Assembly: GCA_030765505.1 (NCBI GenBank)
Contig: JAVCCL010000020.1
Coordinates: 28,538 to 92,537, forward strand
Origin: Candidatus Kaelpia imicola
GTDB taxonomy: Bacteria > Omnitrophota > Gorgyraeia > Kaelpiales > Kaelpiaceae
DNA: 64,000 nucleotides
Direction of reading: 5' to 3'
Notes under the pieces: generated by a model
Database searches by the model: none
Seen by the model: the letters and a program-made list of their open reading frames with translations, nothing else
Told to the model about the DNA's origin: nothing
Made by a program: the position numbers and the translations under genes
Shown: positions 30,285 to 38,928 of the stretch, piece after piece
Layout of the letters: each line of letters starts with the position of its first letter
Numbering within the stretch: the first letter of the stretch is position 1

Positions 30285-30312
30285 TTGCCCAAATCCTCTT
30301 TTATGCTATAAT
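30285..30312 (+). promoter_or_regulatory. Sigma70-type promoter driving tRNA-Phe.
   Basis: TTGCCC at 30285-30290, a 16-nt spacer, then TATAAT at 30307-30312. The predicted transcription start is a few nucleotides before the tRNA 5' end at 30323. Confidence 0.45.
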
Positions 30313-30322
30313 TCAAATTTAT

Positions 30323-30395
30323 GCCGAGATAGCTCAGTAGGTAGAGCGCAGGACTGAAAATCCTGGCGTCCCCAGTTCGATTCTGGGTCTCGGCA
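30323..30395 (+). tRNA. tRNA-Phe (anticodon GAA).
   Basis: Cloverleaf GCCGAGA-TA-GCTC-AGTAGGTA-GAGC-G-CAGGA-CTGAAAA-TCCTG-GCGTC-CCCAG-TTCGATT-CTGGG-TCTCGGC-A. CCA is not encoded. Followed by a T-run. Confidence 0.9.
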
Positions 30396-30500
30396 TTTTT
30401 TATTTTTTACTCTTTTGTAAACCTCTCTTTATATAATTCAATAACCGTTTTCTTTCTAAAGCTATATAGTATTCAAATTCTTATTTTATAAGTGTTTTTA

Positions 30501-30509
30501 TGTTATAAT
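30501..30509 (+). promoter_or_regulatory. Extended -10 element (TGnTATAAT) upstream of tRNA-Thr.
   Basis: tgtTATAAT at 30501-30509, roughly 18 nt upstream of the tRNA 5' end. The -35 region is weak (TTATTT). Confidence 0.35.
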
Positions 30510-30527
30510 TCATAACTGTTAAATTAT

Positions 30528-30600
30528 GCCGGGGTAGCTCAGTTGGTAGAGCAGGGCTTTCGTAAAGCTCAGGTCAAGGGTTCGAATCCCTTCTCCGGCT
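30528..30600 (+). tRNA. tRNA-Thr (anticodon CGU).
   Basis: Cloverleaf GCCGGGG-TA-GCTC-AGTTGGTA-GAGC-A-GGGCT-TTCGTAA-AGCTC-AGGTC-AAGGG-TTCGAAT-CCCTT-CTCCGGC-T. Followed by a T-run. Confidence 0.85.
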
Positions 30601-30621
30601 TTTTATTTAGGTTATTTTTGA

Positions 30622-31107
30622 TTAATTTTTGCTTGGAGAGATAATCTCTGTTTTAGAAAGATAGTTCCAGCGCCAGGCTTCTTGGGCGATAGATTTAAGA
30701 TGAGATATCGAGCCAGGTTGATATTCTATCTTCCAGTCTCTAATTGTCCCTTCTTCACTAAGTTCACCGATTGGAGTATATGGAGAGTTTAAAATATTGC
30801 GTAAGTTTTCGTCTTTGATATCAATTGTTAAATTACCTCTTTTTAATAAAGCAGAGCCAATATATTTACCCTGCTCTAGGCTGTCGGGTTCTAATTCCCA
30901 GAAATCTATCTTTATAATCCTATAATTATCAAATTTCTCTACTATTGAATGAAGATTTTTCTGTATCTCGATTTTATTTTCAGCTAAGCTTGCTAAAATA
31001 TTAGCAACTTTGACCCGTTCAGCAGATATTAAGTCTATAAAATTAAGAAGAGCTATATATACTGCTAAAAGGAATGCTATCGACAATATGTTGAATTTTC
31101 GTACCAT
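30622..31107 (-). CDS. Hypothetical membrane-anchored protein (161 aa) with one N-terminal TM helix.
   Basis: ORF on the opposite strand to its neighbours. N-terminal hydrophobic helix (ILSIAFLLAVYIALLNFIDLI). No recognisable motifs. Confidence 0.45.
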   Translation of the reverse strand: MVRKFNILSIAFLLAVYIALLNFIDLISAERVKVANILASLAENKIEIQKNLHSIVEKFDNYRIIKIDFWELEPDSLEQGKYIGSALLKRGNLTIDIKDENLRNILNSPYTPIGELSEEGTIRDWKIEYQPGSISHLKSIAQEAWRWNYLSKTEIISPSKN

Positions 31108-31173
31108 TTACTTTATATTAAATTCATTGTTTGTTCTTGTCAACTTAGATTTTATTTTATAATATCTTAAATC

Positions 31174-31821
31174 ATGCAATATATTGTTGTAATTGACTAT
31201 AATATGGGTAATCTACACAGCGTATCTAAGGCTTTAGAGAGAGTTGCTGAACCAGAAGGTTTTAGAGTTAAGGTAAGCAATGATAGGGGGGTTATATCTA
31301 GAGCTTCTGCGATTGTCTTTCCGGGTGTAGGTGCTTTTGGAAAAGGAATGGAGAATCTTAAAAGTTTTGGCTTAGCGGATGTTCTAAAAGAGAGAGTTAA
31401 AGAAAGAGTGCCTTTTCTTGGAATATGCTTAGGGCTTCAGCTTCTTTTTACAGAGAGCGAAGAGCACGGAAGCTTTAAAGGGCTTGATATTTTAGCTGGA
31501 GAGGTTATTGGATTCTCTAAAGGGGTTAAGGTTCCTCATATGGGATGGAATAGAGTGGAGCATATAGAGGAGGAGGAAATAAATAAAGGCTCGGGGTTGT
31601 TTAGAAATATTTTAGATAGAGATTATTTTTACTTTGTCCATTCCTATTTTGTCTTACCTGATGATAAAGATATTATTATTGCAAAAGTTGATTATGGAAA
31701 CAGTATTGCTGCAGCTGTAAATAAAGATAATATCTATGGTGTTCAGTTTCATCCCGAGAAAAGCGGAGATTCCGGAATAGCTCTATTTTCAAACTTTGTT
31801 GAAATAGTTAAAGGAGGTTGA
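31174..31821 (+). CDS. hisH: Imidazole glycerol phosphate synthase glutamine amidotransferase subunit HisH (or HisH-like amidotransferase).
   Basis: Class I GATase triad context ([17 protein letters not shown]). 215 aa. Followed by hisF. Confidence 0.8.
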   Translation: MQYIVVIDYNMGNLHSVSKALERVAEPEGFRVKVSNDRGVISRASAIVFPGVGAFGKGMENLKSFGLADVLKERVKERVPFLGICLGLQLLFTESEEHGSFKGLDILAGEVIGFSKGVKVPHMGWNRVEHIEEEEINKGSGLFRNILDRDYFYFVHSYFVLPDDKDIIIAKVDYGNSIAAAVNKDNIYGVQFHPEKSGDSGIALFSNFVEIVKGG

Positions 31822-31822
31822 G

Positions 31823-32584
31823 ATGCTTACGAAGAGAATAATACCCTGTCTTGATGTCAAAGACGGGCGGGTGGTTAAAGGTATCAACTTTGTTAATCTA
31901 AAAGACGCTGGAGACCCAGTAGAGCAGGCCAAAGTTTATAATAGTCAAGGTGCAGATGAATTAGTATTTCTTGATATTGCTGCCTCTTTTGAAAATAGAG
32001 GTCCTATGCTTGAGGTCATAACAAAAACAGCCGAACAGGTCTTTATCCCTTTGACGGTTGGAGGCGGAGTTAGAAGTATTGATGATATTAGAGAACTTCT
32101 TAGAGCCGGAGCCGATAAGGTCTCTATTAATACAGCAGCTGTTAAAGATCCAGGATTAGTTAAGGAGTCAGCCATTGAGTTTGGCAGCCAGTGTGTAGTT
32201 GTGGCTATAGATGCTAAAAAAGAGAAAGAGGGTAAATGGGAAGTCTATACCACCGGAGGAAGAACATCGTCTGGGCTGGATGCTATAGGATGGGCGAAGG
32301 AGATTGAAGAGTTGGGGGCAGGTGAAATTCTTTTAACCAGCATGGATAGAGACGGGACTAAAGACGGGTATGATTTAGAGTTGACTAAAAGAGTGGTGAC
32401 TGCGGTTAATATTCCTGTTATTGCCTCAGGAGGTGCTGGTAGTCTTGAACATCTCTATCAGGCGTTTAATGATACAGATTGCGATGCCGTTCTTGCAGCT
32501 TCAATATTTCATTATGGTGAATATACAATCAAAGAGGCTAAAAAATATCTCGAAGAGAAGGGGATTTCAATAAGATCTAATTAG
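31823..32584 (+). CDS. hisF: Imidazole glycerol phosphate synthase cyclase subunit HisF (or HisF-like).
   Basis: [16 protein letters not shown] and (beta/alpha)8 barrel glycine motifs (VGGGVRS, ASGGAGS). 253 aa. Confidence 0.8.
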   Translation: MLTKRIIPCLDVKDGRVVKGINFVNLKDAGDPVEQAKVYNSQGADELVFLDIAASFENRGPMLEVITKTAEQVFIPLTVGGGVRSIDDIRELLRAGADKVSINTAAVKDPGLVKESAIEFGSQCVVVAIDAKKEKEGKWEVYTTGGRTSSGLDAIGWAKEIEELGAGEILLTSMDRDGTKDGYDLELTKRVVTAVNIPVIASGGAGSLEHLYQAFNDTDCDAVLAASIFHYGEYTIKEAKKYLEEKGISIRSN

Positions 32585-33695
32585 AGATACAATTCAATAT
32601 TGAACTTACTGCCTTAACCACAGCTCCTTTATCTCCCAACTTGATCTTGAAGTCGTTAAGTTTTTCTTTTAAGCTAAAATAATAATCTTCGTTTAGTAAT
32701 ATCTTTTCAAGATGTTTTGTTAGATTTTTGGGTCTTAACTTGTATTGAATAAGTTCAGGCATTGCCTCTTCTTTTAATATTAAATTGACCATTCCAACAT
32801 GCTTTACTCTAATCATTGGTTTAAGAATCAGATAGTTGATGAGCGATGTTTTGTATATTACAAGGAATGGATTACCTATAATCGCAGCTTCAAGAGTTGC
32901 GGTTCCTGAAGCTACTATCCCTAAATGGGAGTGGTATATTGCATTGTAGGTATCATCCGTGATTATTTTGAAAGAATTATTGATATCCTGGTCTAAATAT
33001 TTTTTTAAGTGTTTTGAAATTAGCAGCAAAGTATCTAATTCGTATTTCTTTGAAATTTCAGCTATAGATTTTTTTATTACAGATATATGTTTTTTAAACT
33101 CATTCTCTCTTGAACCTGGCATAAGAAATATTCTTCTTCTATTTTTATCTAATTGATATTTTTCTAAAAATGCGTCTTCTGTTAATTTGGGTTTTATTAT
33201 ATCTAGAAAAGGATGGCCTATAAACTCAACTTCAACTCCGAATCTATTGTAGAATTTTTTCTCGAATTCAAAAAATACAAACATCTTGTCGACATATCTT
33301 TTTATAATTTCTACTCTCTTTTCTCCCCAGGCCCAGAGTTGAGGGCTGATGTAATATATTGTCTTTATATTGAGTTTCTTGACCTCCTTAACAAGTTTAA
33401 GATTGAACCCTGGGTAATCTATGAATATAACAGCCTCTGGTTGCTCCTCTTTGATTTTGGTTAATATCTCATGAAATAGTTTTTTAAAGAAAGAGATATG
33501 CTTAATAACATCAAAAAAACCGACTACCGCGCTGGATGCTAAGTCATAATATATATTTACTCCAGCAGAGCGCATCTTCTCTCCGCCTAATCCATAGAAT
33601 TGAATCTCAGAGTCTCTATTCTTTATCTCATTAACTAAGAGGCTGCCGTGGAAATCCCCTGAGGGCTCACCTGCTACAATAAATATTTTCTTCAT
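32577..33695 (-). CDS. lpxB: Lipid-A-disaccharide synthase LpxB.
   Basis: N-terminus [20 protein letters not shown] is typical of LpxB (GT19). 372 aa. Its 3' end overlaps hisF by 8 nt in convergent orientation. Confidence 0.85.
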   Translation of the reverse strand: MKKIFIVAGEPSGDFHGSLLVNEIKNRDSEIQFYGLGGEKMRSAGVNIYYDLASSAVVGFFDVIKHISFFKKLFHEILTKIKEEQPEAVIFIDYPGFNLKLVKEVKKLNIKTIYYISPQLWAWGEKRVEIIKRYVDKMFVFFEFEKKFYNRFGVEVEFIGHPFLDIIKPKLTEDAFLEKYQLDKNRRRIFLMPGSRENEFKKHISVIKKSIAEISKKYELDTLLLISKHLKKYLDQDINNSFKIITDDTYNAIYHSHLGIVASGTATLEAAIIGNPFLVIYKTSLINYLILKPMIRVKHVGMVNLILKEEAMPELIQYKLRPKNLTKHLEKILLNEDYYFSLKEKLNDFKIKLGDKGAVVKAVSSILNCISN

Positions 33696-33697
33696 AA

Positions 33698-34615
33698 TTA
33701 GCTGCGGGAGATTATTCGTTCTATTTTTAACGCTGTCTTTAAGGCTAGTCTTGCATCTTCTCCGGATACTTCTGGTTGATTTCTCTTTTTGACCGCATCC
33801 ATAAAGCTCTTGATTTCAAGCTGTAAGGGTTGCTCTTTTTCTATCTCTATCTGTTTTTTTATGATCTCTCCATTAACCTTACGGTAGATGTTAACTTCTT
33901 GATGCCTGTAATCTAAAGATATGTAGCAGTTCTCTTTGAAAATTCTTATTTTGCGTAGACTATCATCGGATATGCGGGAGGATGTTATATTACAGACAGT
34001 CTTATTTTTAAAGGTTATCCTGGCGTTTGCTATATCAGGATGGTCGGTCACTACTTTTAGCCCTGTTGCTTCAATCTTCTTTATCTTAGAAGAAACAAAC
34101 TGAAGAATTATATCAAGATCATGTATCATAAGATCAAGAACAACGCTAACATCCATCGATCTTTTACTGAAAGGACCTATCCTGTGGCATTCAATAAATT
34201 TAATCTCACCCGGAATATTCTCTATTGCAGTCAGCGCTTTATTAAATCTCTCTACATGACCAACCTGTAATATCCGTGATTTTTTTTTGGCGATTGCGAT
34301 TAAGTTCTCTGCTTCTTTTAGTTTTATTGTAATAGGTTTTTCTACCAATACGTCTACTCCGTTACTCAGAAATTCTTTTGCTATTGAGTAGTGTGTCGAG
34401 GTGGGGGTGGCTATGCTTACTGCGTCTACTTTAAAGAGCCCATCTCTAAAATTGTCTGAATACTCAGCTTTCAATTCAGATGCTAGATTTTTTGCTCTTG
34501 CCTCTACAACATCAGAAAGGAATTTTACTTCTACGTCGGGAAGCTGGGAATATATCTTACTATGAAACGTCCCCAGATGTCCTATACCTATAATACCAAC
34601 TCTTATTTTTTTCAT
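33698..34615 (-). CDS. Gfo/Idh/MocA-family NAD(P)-dependent oxidoreductase.
   Basis: Rossmann N-terminus (IRVGIIGIGHLGTFH), EKP motif (VLVEKP) and a C-terminal alpha/beta domain. Translationally coupled upstream of lpxB (2-nt gap). Confidence 0.8.
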   Translation of the reverse strand: MKKIRVGIIGIGHLGTFHSKIYSQLPDVEVKFLSDVVEARAKNLASELKAEYSDNFRDGLFKVDAVSIATPTSTHYSIAKEFLSNGVDVLVEKPITIKLKEAENLIAIAKKKSRILQVGHVERFNKALTAIENIPGEIKFIECHRIGPFSKRSMDVSVVLDLMIHDLDIILQFVSSKIKKIEATGLKVVTDHPDIANARITFKNKTVCNITSSRISDDSLRKIRIFKENCYISLDYRHQEVNIYRKVNGEIIKKQIEIEKEQPLQLEIKSFMDAVKKRNQPEVSGEDARLALKTALKIERIISRS

Positions 34616-34721
34616 CTAAAGAATTATAACCAACTTATGAAGAGCTGGTCAATCTGTTTATCTTTTCGGCAGCTTTTAATTCTCTTGTATTGGAATAGGT
34701 GGTTATTTTAAAATTATAAAG

Positions 34722-35486
34722 ATGAAAAACATTTATCTTAAAAGCATTGTCATAATATCTACTCTCTTTGTTCTATTTCAATATTTTAATCAACGGATTA
34801 ATTATCCTAGAGTAGCTCTTGTTGAAGAGGTTATAGATGGAGATACTATTTTGCTTGAGAGCGGGAGATTGCTCAGGCTTCTTGGCTTAAATACACCGGA
34901 GACCAAAATCAATATAGCCGGGGAATGGAAAGAGAAGAAGAGCATCTGGGGTGAGAGAGCCTATCTTTTCAGTGAGAACAGTCTCAAGAATAAGAATATC
35001 AGAATAGAGTATGACAGAGAGAAAAAGGATATATACGGAAGATTGCTAGGTTATGTTTTTTTAGAAGATAATTTTATAAATCAGGCTTTATTGAGCGAAG
35101 GGTTAGCTGTTATAGATATAAGGTACCCCAATTTTAAATACTTGGACCAGCTATCTTTGGTCTTTAAAGAGGCTAAAGAGCGCGGGAAGGGTCTTTGGTC
35201 CGATTTTAAAATAATAGGACCTAAAGATGTATCTGAATATGAAGGGGAGGTAATTGCTGTTGAAGGGAGAGTGATCGATGTTTATAATAGCGAGAAGCTT
35301 CTGTTCTTTCTTTTGCCTTCTGAGTTTAAATTTGTTATATTCAAAGAGGGTTCACCTTTTTTTAAAAATAAGGAATTAGTTGTTTTAAAAGGTGAGATCA
35401 TAAGAGTATCCGGCATGGTTAAAAGATATAAGGGGTCTTATCAGATGGTAATACACCATCCTTACCAATTGGAGGTTTTAAGATGA
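34722..35486 (+). CDS. Staphylococcal-nuclease-like (thermonuclease / SNase domain) protein with an extra C-terminal domain.
   Basis: Signal/TM N-terminus. SNase motifs (VIDGDTILLESG..LRLLGLNTPE and IYGRLLGYVFLED). 254 aa. Confidence 0.7.
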   Translation: MKNIYLKSIVIISTLFVLFQYFNQRINYPRVALVEEVIDGDTILLESGRLLRLLGLNTPETKINIAGEWKEKKSIWGERAYLFSENSLKNKNIRIEYDREKKDIYGRLLGYVFLEDNFINQALLSEGLAVIDIRYPNFKYLDQLSLVFKEAKERGKGLWSDFKIIGPKDVSEYEGEVIAVEGRVIDVYNSEKLLFFLLPSEFKFVIFKEGSPFFKNKELVVLKGEIIRVSGMVKRYKGSYQMVIHHPYQLEVLR

Positions 35487-36409
35487 GGGATGTTGCGGTT
35501 ATTGGTTTAGGTCCTAGCGGTATGACAGCAGCTCTTTATCTCACTCGTTCTAAGTTGGATATTCTATGTTTTGAAAAGACATCTCCTGGCGGGCAGATTG
35601 TTATGACTGATAATATAGAGAACTATCCCGGTTTTCCTAAAGGTATATCCGGATATGAACTAGCTGAACTTTTCAAGAAACAACTTCAGATTTACCCCGT
35701 TGAAATAAAGAGCGAAGAGGTTATCGCTATTGAAAGAAAAGGTAATCTTATTATTAAAACTCTTTCTTCTGATTATGAGGTACTGAGTGTTATAGTTGCA
35801 GCAGGGGCCTATCCTAGAAGGTTAAGTATCAAGGGGGAGGATATCTTTACCGGTCGCGGTGTCTCATATTGTGCCACATGTGATGCTAATTTCTTTAAAG
35901 GTAAGAGAGTAGCTGTATTAGGCGGGGGTGACTCTGCTGTTGAGGAGGCTATATTTCTTTCCAAGTTTGTAGAGAAGTTATATCTCATACATCGCAGAGA
36001 GAGGTTGAGAGCTGTGGGCGTACTTCAGGATAAGATGGCAGCTCTTACTAATGTGGAGTTTGTTTTAGACAGTGTCATAGAAGAGATAGGCGGCGATTCT
36101 AAGGTAGGTTTTATTCAGATAAAGAATTTAAAGACCGCAAATAGTAAAAGAATAAATTTAGACGGTGTTTTTATCTTTGCAGGCTATACTCCAAATACCC
36201 AGTTTTTGAAAGAGTTTTTGCAATTAGATTCAGAAGGTTATATAATCGCTGTAGATAATTTCAAAACTTCGATAGAGGGAGTCTTTACTGCAGGCGATGT
36301 GAGGAGCGGTTCTCTTAAGCAGGTTATCTCTGCTTCCGGGGAAGGTGCTCATGCGGCGGTTAAAGTTTCAAAGTATTTAGATAAGATAAAAGGAGTCTCT
36401 TATGATTAA
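35483..36409 (+). CDS. trxB: Thioredoxin reductase TrxB.
   Basis: FAD and NADPH Rossmann motifs. Redox-active CATCD motif (CATCDANFF..GGGDSAVEEA). Confidence 0.9.
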   Translation: MRDVAVIGLGPSGMTAALYLTRSKLDILCFEKTSPGGQIVMTDNIENYPGFPKGISGYELAELFKKQLQIYPVEIKSEEVIAIERKGNLIIKTLSSDYEVLSVIVAAGAYPRRLSIKGEDIFTGRGVSYCATCDANFFKGKRVAVLGGGDSAVEEAIFLSKFVEKLYLIHRRERLRAVGVLQDKMAALTNVEFVLDSVIEEIGGDSKVGFIQIKNLKTANSKRINLDGVFIFAGYTPNTQFLKEFLQLDSEGYIIAVDNFKTSIEGVFTAGDVRSGSLKQVISASGEGAHAAVKVSKYLDKIKGVSYD

Positions 36410-36430
36410 ACATTTTAAAGGAGGATTAAT

Positions 36431-36745
36431 ATGCAAGAAGTAAATGCGGACAACTTTAAAAATGAAGTTTTAGAATCACCAGTTCCTGTTTTGGTCGATT
36501 TCTGGGCTCCCTGGTGTGGGCCCTGTAAAATGATCAGCCCTATACTTGATGAAGTGGCTGCTGATTTTGAAGGTAGGGTTAAATTTTCAAAACTCAATGT
36601 TGATGAGAATACTCAAGCAGCTGCTGATTATGGAATTATGAGTATACCGGCGTTAATTCTTTTTAAAGAGGGAAGACCGGCTGCCCAGATTGTAGGTGTT
36701 CAATCGAAAGAAGGAATAGCAAAATTCCTTAAAACCAATGCTTAA
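36431..36745 (+). CDS. trxA: Thioredoxin TrxA.
   Basis: WCGPC active site (DFWAPWCGPCKMISP). 104 aa. RBS AAAGGAGG upstream. Confidence 0.9.
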   Translation: MQEVNADNFKNEVLESPVPVLVDFWAPWCGPCKMISPILDEVAADFEGRVKFSKLNVDENTQAAADYGIMSIPALILFKEGRPAAQIVGVQSKEGIAKFLKTNA

Positions 36746-37161
36746 GGGATATCTCTTAAAAGTTTTTTCAAGATAGAACATGGTTCTACTATCTACATGA
36801 CTTGCGCCTATATTCTCTTTATACAACCAACTGTTATATCTGGATTTCGGAGCTGTCATAGTTGCAGCTGCGATATCTTCTTTTCTTGCAACTCTCTTTG
36901 TGAGGTTCTTGCTAATCACTCGATAGCGATAGATCCTGCTATAGACAATATGTATTAATATAGGAATTTTCTGATAGATTGCACTTGGTGCCGATCTTAT
37001 ATTAGGATGTATCTTTCTTCTGCTCTCTCTTTTTCTATTTACGAGATTCTTTATCGATATAGTCCCTGATTTAAAAACCCCCTTCTTTAGTTTTCTCCTT
37101 GACAGGGTACCTTGTAGTTCATAGAATACACTTAGTGGCATAAAGTGGAGCAAAGTGGAAT

Positions 37162-37599
37162 ATGTTTTACGGAGAATATGAACACAATCTGGATGAAAAG
37201 GGTAGAGTGGTCTTGCCGGCCAAATTCAGGCAGTTAGCCAAGAAAAAAATAATTAAAAAGTTTTACCTTACGCGTGGTATGGAGAGGTGTCTCTTCCTTT
37301 TCTCCGAAAGTGAATGGAGGGGGCAGGAGGATAAGTTTAAAGCTCTCTCTATTATGAAAAAAGACGCCCGGAGTTTTAACAGAATATATTTCTCCGGAGC
37401 AACTGAGATAACACCTGATTCTCAGGGCAGGTTTTTAATACCGTCTTATCTTAAGAATTATTCTGGGATTAAGAGAGAACTTGTTGTTATAGGAGTCTCA
37501 AGCAGGATAGAGATATGGGCTAAGTCTAAGTGGGATGAATTCTGCAGAACAGAGCTTAAGAATTTTGAAGATATAGCCGAAGAGCTTATTGAGGAATGA
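37162..37599 (+). CDS. mraZ: Division/cell-wall cluster transcriptional regulator MraZ.
   Basis: Duplicated MraZ half-domains (LDEKGRVVLPAKFR and DSQGRFLIPSYLKNY). First gene of the dcw cluster. Confidence 0.85.
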   Translation: MFYGEYEHNLDEKGRVVLPAKFRQLAKKKIIKKFYLTRGMERCLFLFSESEWRGQEDKFKALSIMKKDARSFNRIYFSGATEITPDSQGRFLIPSYLKNYSGIKRELVVIGVSSRIEIWAKSKWDEFCRTELKNFEDIAEELIEE

Positions 37600-38564
37600 A
37601 TACTTTATTAAAAGAGGTAATTATGGATGAGAGAAACAGAACCGAGCATACCCCTGTCATGCTGAATGAGTCTATAGATTTCATGAATCTTAAAGCGGGT
37701 GATGTCGTAGTAGATTGTACGGTTGGTATGGGTGGACATTCAGAGAGAATACTGGAATCTATATTACCCGGAGGGAAGCTTATTGCAATAGATAGAGACT
37801 CTGAAAGCTTGAAGATGGCCCAGGAGAGGCTTTCTCGCTTTAAAGGCAGCTTCTATATTTTTAATGACAATTTTACAAATATAAAACAGATACTTCGTTC
37901 TTTAAATATAGAGAAGGTGGATGCTGTTTTGTTTGACCTGGGAATATCCTCTTACCAGCTTGAAGGCAATAGAGGGTTTAGTTTTAAAAGAGATGCATTT
38001 TTAGATATGCGCATGGATACCGGGAGTAAGTTGACCGCTTATGATATAGTCAACTACTATTCCGAAAGGGAGATTTCAAGGATTCTGAAAGTTTTTGGAG
38101 AAGAGAGGTATCATCAGCGTATTGCACATGGGATTATTTTAGCCAGAAAAGAGAAGGCGATAGAGACTACCAAAGAGCTTTCAGGGATAGTCTTAAAAGC
38201 AGTCCCGTATTCCTATGTAAATAGAAGGATTAACCCTGCTACACGGACTTTTCAAGCATTGCGTATAGCCGTTAATAGAGAACTGGAGAGCATTTTTACG
38301 GCAGTTAAAGATGCGATAGATCTTTTGCTTCCAGAGGGAAGGATAGTTGTAATAAGTTTCCATTCCCTAGAGGATAGAATCATAAAACGTACTTTCAGGG
38401 ATTTTCAGAAAGATGGACATTTACAACCCCTTATCTCCAAACCGCTGATTCCTTCTCCTCTGGAGGTTGATATTAACCCCAGGTCAAGAAGTGCTAAATT
38501 GCGTGCAGGCAAAAAATGTAAAAATTCAGATCTAAATTTATTTTTGAAAATATTTATGTTATGA
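37596..38564 (+). CDS. rsmH: 16S rRNA (cytosine1402-N4)-methyltransferase RsmH (MraW).
   Basis: HTPVMLNE, DCTVGMGGHS and SAM-methyltransferase fold motifs. 322 aa. Confidence 0.9.
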   Translation: MNTLLKEVIMDERNRTEHTPVMLNESIDFMNLKAGDVVVDCTVGMGGHSERILESILPGGKLIAIDRDSESLKMAQERLSRFKGSFYIFNDNFTNIKQILRSLNIEKVDAVLFDLGISSYQLEGNRGFSFKRDAFLDMRMDTGSKLTAYDIVNYYSEREISRILKVFGEERYHQRIAHGIILARKEKAIETTKELSGIVLKAVPYSYVNRRINPATRTFQALRIAVNRELESIFTAVKDAIDLLLPEGRIVVISFHSLEDRIIKRTFRDFQKDGHLQPLISKPLIPSPLEVDINPRSRSAKLRAGKKCKNSDLNLFLKIFML

Positions 38565-38911
38565 ACAGAAGCGATATTTTTTATCTAAAAAATATTTTCG
38601 CAGTGTTTGTTCTGACTTTAATGAGTTTTTTTTATTTAGAACAGAGAATGTCTTTAATCAAAGAGAATTATTGGGAAGCAAGGTTTCAGAACATATTAAG
38701 AGAAGAGGTGGTAAAGAATGAAGAGCTTACATATAAGGTTGCGGGATTGGAGACCCCTTCTATGCTGGAGGAGAGACTTTTGGTTTTAAAGCCCGACTTT
38801 AGTTTTGCCAAGTCGGTAAGAGTGGTTAGAATTCCTTATCAGAGAATAGATGGAGATAAAGAGGAATACAATGTAAGCGGTAGAATATCTTTTGCCGGTG
38901 AAATTCCCTAA
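38561..38911 (+). CDS. ftsL: Cell division protein FtsL-like (small bitopic membrane protein).
   Basis: 116 aa. A single N-terminal TM helix followed by a coiled-coil-like region. Located between rsmH and ftsI. Called mainly on position. Confidence 0.5.
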   Translation: MNRSDIFYLKNIFAVFVLTLMSFFYLEQRMSLIKENYWEARFQNILREEVVKNEELTYKVAGLETPSMLEERLLVLKPDFSFAKSVRVVRIPYQRIDGDKEEYNVSGRISFAGEIP

Positions 38912-38928
38912 AAAATTTTAAGACTAAA

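Noticed and set aside
30260-30285. Short hairpin CCAGA-cttatc-TCTGG in the thi4/tRNA-Phe intergenic region.
   Set aside because: Only a 5-bp stem with no adjacent T-run. Too weak to call a terminator or regulatory structure.
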